DNA of 64,000 nt from Parachlamydiales bacterium (GTDB taxonomy: Bacteria > Chlamydiota > Chlamydiia > Chlamydiales > SM23-39), in contig JBNLAH010000005.1 of assembly GCA_050302075.1 (NCBI GenBank), positions 1 through 64,000 on the forward strand, in the 5' to 3' direction. Below, piece by piece: positions 57,443 to 64,000 of this stretch; position 1 is the first letter of the stretch; each line of letters starts with the position of its first letter. Under the pieces are notes generated by a model, which worked only from the letters and a program-made list of their open reading frames with translations, was not told the origin of the DNA and made no database searches. The position numbers and the translations under genes were made by a program.

Positions 57443-60400
57443 TTAAGCTTTCCTAGAAGTTAAACTTTTTTGCTCTTTTCTATTTTCCATTTTATGGAAT
57501 GCCAGCATCAAAGGAGATGCAATAAATAAAGATGAAAGAGTTCCAAATATAACACCAACGCACATTACCAGTGCAAAACTAAAGATAGACTTTCCTCCGA
57601 AGCCCACAAGAGCTAGTAAGACTAACATAGTTGTAATTGAAGTCATAAGGGTTCTGCTTAATGTAACATTAAGTGCGTGGTTAACGATAGAGCTTAAAGA
57701 CTCTTTGCGTAGAAGAGAAAGATCTTCACGTATTCTATCAAAAATGATAATCGTATCGTTTAAAGAATATCCAATAATAGTCATAAGAGCAGCTATTGTA
57801 TTCATATCTATTTGCACAGGAACTCCAAAAAGGCGGAAGATTGCGACTGCACTAATAGAAATAATAACATCATGCATAAGACATAAAATTGCGCTTAATG
57901 AGTATTTCCACTCGAATCTAATAGCTATGTAACCTAAGATTGCAATTAGAGCTAACAATAAGCCTAGGGTAGCATTTTTTTTCATAGCACTAGATACTTG
58001 GCCACTAATCGATGTCCAACTTGATTCAATATTCTTTAAACTTGTTGATTCAATTTCAACATTCGCTTCTTTTAAACCATCAACAATCCACTGAACTGGG
58101 GGATTAGACGATTTAGGGTAGAGCTTGCCACTCTTAGTAATTAATGAATCTGAGATCATTATTCTAATATTATTTGATGGAGATAGTTCTCTTACAGAAA
58201 AGTCATGAGTTGACGCGCCCTTTCTTTGAAGAGCATCTTCCACTTGTTTGCGATAGTCGACAGAGCCTTTAAAGGCTAGTTCAACGCTTACAGAGTGTCC
58301 TCCAGTAAAGTCCATTCCTATTAAGGAATCCTTATTTTGTAAAATTGAAATTGAGCCTATAAGGATTGTTAAAGAGGAAACAGCAATTACTATTTTGCTT
58401 TTCCCTAGGAAGTTAAATTTTGAAGGTTTAATTAAATTCATCATCTTTAATGACTGATGTTGAGGATCTTCAGCCCACTTCATGAAAAAGAACCTAGTCA
58501 TAAACAAAGCTGTAAACATAGACGATGCAATTCCAATAATTAATGTTAATGCAAAGCCTTTTATCGGGCCTGAATCAAAATTTAAAAGAATTAATGCTGC
58601 TATAATTGTTGTTACATTAGAGTCTAAAATTGCGGTAAATGCCTTTTTGTATCCGGCAGTTACAGCGGCACTGAGTTTTTTAGTTAGTGACAACTCTTCT
58701 TTAATTCTTTCAAATACTAGCACGTTAGCATCCACTGCCATCCCAACAGTTAGGATGATTCCGGCTATCCCAGATAAAGTAAGTACAGCTTGAATGTTTT
58801 GTAAAACAGCCCACATGATAATTAAATTGAATAAAACAGCAACAGAGGCAACTAACCCTGCAAACCGATAATAAGAAATCATTGCGATGATAACAAAAGC
58901 TAGCGCTATTACCATTGCTATAATTCCTTGTTGACGGTCTTGTTTGCCCAGCTCAGGGCTTACATTTTTCTCAGATAATATCTTTGGAGTAAATGTTAAT
59001 GATCCTGCCTTTAAATCTGCAGCCAACTGGTTTGCCTCTCTTTGTGAGAAGCTTCCAGAGATCATAGCACTATCTTTTAATGCAGAGTCAAGCGTTGGAG
59101 ATGAAATGATAGTTTCATTTAAAATGACTGCCATTCTCCATCCCCTTCCCTGAGAAAGATTTTCGTTTGAAGTGCCTTGAATACTATCTTTTGAGAACTG
59201 TGAAGTCCATGCATGAAAGTCTGTTCGGGGATTAAATTTGGTACCGTCAGGTCTAGATACTGAAGACTTTACTTCAAAACTTAGAAAGTTTCCTTTTGCG
59301 GGGTCGTATGAAGACCTTATGTTAGAAAGAGAAGATCCTTCAAGCGCATAGTTTTTGAATACAATCAAAAGAGGATGGGTTTGACCAGACCATTTTGTAA
59401 AATCTGCCTCACGATAAATTGCAATTTTAGAGTACGTGTCATTATAATTTGAATTAGTTTCACTAGAGTTTGCTGAAGCTAGTCTTAGACCATTATCGTA
59501 TAATATTTTTGCAGCAGGTGTTCTAGGTTGAACTACAGACTCTTCAGTTGAATCTCCATAAAGATGTTTATAAGCAATTTCATTAATCATCTCTGCATCT
59601 TTTTTATTAAATACAACAGCTTCATTCCAAACTTCTTGTAAAAATTGGTTTACTGCATTTCTAAGTGATTGGTTTGAATCTGAGAATTTTTCATTAACAA
59701 TATGAAAATACATAGATGACGCTTTTACCAAATCACTAGCGGATAGATTTTGAGACCCAGGGAAGTCTAATAAAATCCTATTTCCTTCAAGCCTTAAGTT
59801 AACTTCTGAGACTCCCATTTTGTTAACTCTAGTATAAAGCTCGCTCATTCCTTGTTTGAGGTCATCTTCGTTTTTTACTGTTTTGTTATTTTGATCTTTT
59901 AGTTCAATGGAAACAGTCTTACCTCCAGAGAGATCTAATCCCCAATGAAGTATTTTTCTTTCGTCCCCACGGAAATATTTAGCTAAGCTCAATCGCATGT
60001 TATTCCAAAAAATGCTTTTGGTTGGCTTTGGCACGCTTAGTCTTGCGTTACTATCAACACTTACTTGGGAAGAATTGAAATCGTCTTTCCATTTTAATAA
60101 ATCTTCATGAATCTTAGTTTCGATTTTATTTTGAGTAAGTATTCTTTGTTCAACATCAGATAGTTCCAGAAGTGCAAATTTTTTAGATCCTGATATTTTA
60201 AAGTTCTCTCTAGTAGAGTTAAGTAGGTTTTGATAGTACCTATCATTTTCAAAAATAAAGTCATTTATGAATTTAGAATCAGATATATGTTGAGAGGCTG
60301 GATAACCAACAAAGCCCAATTGGTAGAGAATTTCCCTTAAGCTTTGGAAGTCTTGAATAAACATTTGAGCGTCTTCACTTTCTGAGTATAGCCGGTATTT

Positions 60401-61957
60401 ATTTAAGATCTTATCAAAACCTTTAGCTACAACATATATGGAGCCTTCTTTCATTCCATCTGCAGCTTCCTTTGATTGATAAACAGGAGATATTACAGTT
60501 AAACAAAGAGACTTTTGTTCAGGTGGTAAATTTGAGTAGGTATTTAAATCTACAATTGGAAAGTTGTTTTTTTGAAGCTCCGGATGTTTTGGTTTCCAAA
60601 GTTTATTCAACGATTTAACTAGCTGGGAATTCAATGAGGCTGCAACCTGTTTGAGGTCCAAGCATAAAAAGCTTTGTGTCTTAGGAGATGAATCTAGCTC
60701 GATTACATATCCATCATTTAATGAGCCTAGTTTTTCGTCTGTTTTTCTAGTAATAAAAGCTATTTCATTGATAATTAGCTGTTCTAATTGGTCGTTTTCA
60801 TACTTTGAAGAAGCTTCTTGTGTAAGTTTCTTATGTTCCAGGATATCATTATGTAAATGAATAGAAATTTTATTGCTCTTCCAGTCAATTTGAAGGTTTT
60901 CAATAAAAGGATTTAACCCACTTAAAGAAACAATCTGCGAAGAGCTTTCTTTTGAGTAATTCTTTTCTAGTAACTCATTTGCTGACTCAAGCGTAAACAA
61001 TATAGGCTTTTTAGTAAGAATTGACTCATTCTTTTTTAAAATAGCTCTAGCTGTTGCAAGGGTCTCTTCCTTTTTTGTTAGTATTAAAAGATTTTGATAA
61101 TCAGTGTCATTTAGGTAGCTATTATCTTTGCTAAGTTCTTTTTCTTTCTTTTTTAAAGCAATTTTTCCAAGTGTTACGTTGTCTTTCTCGTGTTCAATAT
61201 GGCTGATTAAACTGTTAAAAGCTCCTTTAGGGTCAATGTCTAGCTGCTTCCAAAAGTTTGAATAAAATCTTTTTGATGCAGAAGAGTTACTTTCGAAAGT
61301 ATTATCAAATCTAACAATATAGTCTGCCAGTGCGAATATTTGATCTGTAATAGATCCTTGGGAGTTGTTCAAAATTTGGTTTAGTAATGTAGTTCTCTCG
61401 CTTTGCCCTGCTATTGCAAAAGCCAGTTGAGAAGCTCTTTCAAAGATTAAATCTTTATAAAAAGTCGTTATATTTCCATTGTCGTCAAATTTTTTCCCAT
61501 AAGTATAGTACTTATCTAGGTGGTTGAGGTCGAAGTGGATAGGGATTAATCTTTGGACACTTACAACTTTTGGGTCTTTTTCATTATTTAAAAGTGTCAA
61601 TCTAGAAGGTGCAAAAGGCTTTAATGAACCTGCTTTAGGAAGAAATGTTTTAAATTTTTTAGCATCTTCAACAGATGAAAAAGATACACTTATTTGTTGA
61701 GGTTCTTTAATGTCAAAGTATACTTTTTTAGGTTTAACATTGATGTGAGAGCAAAAGGAGTTAATCCAATTGATAGATTCTTCTTCAAGCGAGTTTACCC
61801 TTTTGAAAATCGATTTGGCAATTTTCTCAGCTTGCGTGTTTTCAATCGGGGATTTTAGTGGTTTGGAATAATAAAAGATTGTAGGCAAAATATTATAAAT
61901 TGTAAGAGAAAGAACAGTTAAAATAATAAATAGTTGCCATTTTTTCTTTTTGTTCAT
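57443..61957 (-). CDS. secDF: Fused protein translocase SecDF with a long N-terminal periplasmic extension
   Basis: SecD motifs (GLDLSGG, GMAVDANVLVFERIKEE) and SecF motifs (GMDFTGG, GYSLNDTIIIFDRIRE, TLSRT) in a single ORF. Confidence 0.95.
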   Translation of the reverse strand: MNKKKKWQLFIILTVLSLTIYNILPTIFYYSKPLKSPIENTQAEKIAKSIFKRVNSLEEESINWINSFCSHINVKPKKVYFDIKEPQQISVSFSSVEDAKKFKTFLPKAGSLKPFAPSRLTLLNNEKDPKVVSVQRLIPIHFDLNHLDKYYTYGKKFDDNGNITTFYKDLIFERASQLAFAIAGQSERTTLLNQILNNSQGSITDQIFALADYIVRFDNTFESNSSASKRFYSNFWKQLDIDPKGAFNSLISHIEHEKDNVTLGKIALKKKEKELSKDNSYLNDTDYQNLLILTKKEETLATARAILKKNESILTKKPILFTLESANELLEKNYSKESSSQIVSLSGLNPFIENLQIDWKSNKISIHLHNDILEHKKLTQEASSKYENDQLEQLIINEIAFITRKTDEKLGSLNDGYVIELDSSPKTQSFLCLDLKQVAASLNSQLVKSLNKLWKPKHPELQKNNFPIVDLNTYSNLPPEQKSLCLTVISPVYQSKEAADGMKEGSIYVVAKGFDKILNKYRLYSESEDAQMFIQDFQSLREILYQLGFVGYPASQHISDSKFINDFIFENDRYYQNLLNSTRENFKISGSKKFALLELSDVEQRILTQNKIETKIHEDLLKWKDDFNSSQVSVDSNARLSVPKPTKSIFWNNMRLSLAKYFRGDERKILHWGLDLSGGKTVSIELKDQNNKTVKNEDDLKQGMSELYTRVNKMGVSEVNLRLEGNRILLDFPGSQNLSASDLVKASSMYFHIVNEKFSDSNQSLRNAVNQFLQEVWNEAVVFNKKDAEMINEIAYKHLYGDSTEESVVQPRTPAAKILYDNGLRLASANSSETNSNYNDTYSKIAIYREADFTKWSGQTHPLLIVFKNYALEGSSLSNIRSSYDPAKGNFLSFEVKSSVSRPDGTKFNPRTDFHAWTSQFSKDSIQGTSNENLSQGRGWRMAVILNETIISSPTLDSALKDSAMISGSFSQREANQLAADLKAGSLTFTPKILSEKNVSPELGKQDRQQGIIAMVIALAFVIIAMISYYRFAGLVASVAVLFNLIIMWAVLQNIQAVLTLSGIAGIILTVGMAVDANVLVFERIKEELSLTKKLSAAVTAGYKKAFTAILDSNVTTIIAALILLNFDSGPIKGFALTLIIGIASSMFTALFMTRFFFMKWAEDPQHQSLKMMNLIKPSKFNFLGKSKIVIAVSSLTILIGSISILQNKDSLIGMDFTGGHSVSVELAFKGSVDYRKQVEDALQRKGASTHDFSVRELSPSNNIRIMISDSLITKSGKLYPKSSNPPVQWIVDGLKEANVEIESTSLKNIESSWTSISGQVSSAMKKNATLGLLLALIAILGYIAIRFEWKYSLSAILCLMHDVIISISAVAIFRLFGVPVQIDMNTIAALMTIIGYSLNDTIIIFDRIREDLSLLRKESLSSIVNHALNVTLSRTLMTSITTMLVLLALVGFGGKSIFSFALVMCVGVIFGTLSSLFIASPLMLAFHKMENRKEQKSLTSRKA

Positions 61958-62053
61958 TTTAATTACTCAATTGTTATGTCTCAGAATCACAAGAGTACTT
62001 AAAAAAAAGAGATTAAGTCCAGAGAAATTAAATTTTGAATATTTCACCATTAA

Positions 62054-64000
<1,947 letters not shown>

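Noticed and set aside
57443..61957. The 1504-aa SecDF as a novel fusion or intein carrier
   Set aside because: A long fused SecDF is the known chlamydial form, and I saw no intein terminal motifs.

Overview
Low-GC chromosomal segment of an environmental Chlamydiota bacterium. The assignment rests on euo, an NTT nucleotide transporter, a DUF2709-type protein, the long fused SecDF, an Asp-type MurA and Chlamydia-like gene order (tol-pal/tatD/sdhCAB; lplA-mnmG-dnaB; rho-coaE-polA-sppA-pgsA-ntt; gltX-euo-recJ-secDF-uppS). Most of the window is housekeeping. Features missing from the ORF track: a probable 6S RNA (18430-18607), a 30-aa bS22/AURKAIP1-COX24-type basic protein gene (21508-21600), a pseudogenised tandem paralog (21683-21922), tRNA-Ser(GCT), a 50-aa putative lipoprotein gene (51022-51174) and a partial uppS. 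Most notable observations: a 273-aa DnaB intein with a half-deleted LAGLIDADG endonuclease, and an AT-rich accessory block (38.6-43.1 kb) with a probably secreted protein carrying clan-CD (caspase-like) His-Gly/Cys motifs, a MacB/LolCDE-type ABC transporter and a probably secreted sphingomyelinase-like EEP hydrolase. coaD and purA are also present, unlike in C. trachomatis. I saw no CRISPR array, IS element, prophage or rRNA, and I cannot demonstrate a new biological system from the sequence alone. All calls come from motif recognition and none was checked against a database.
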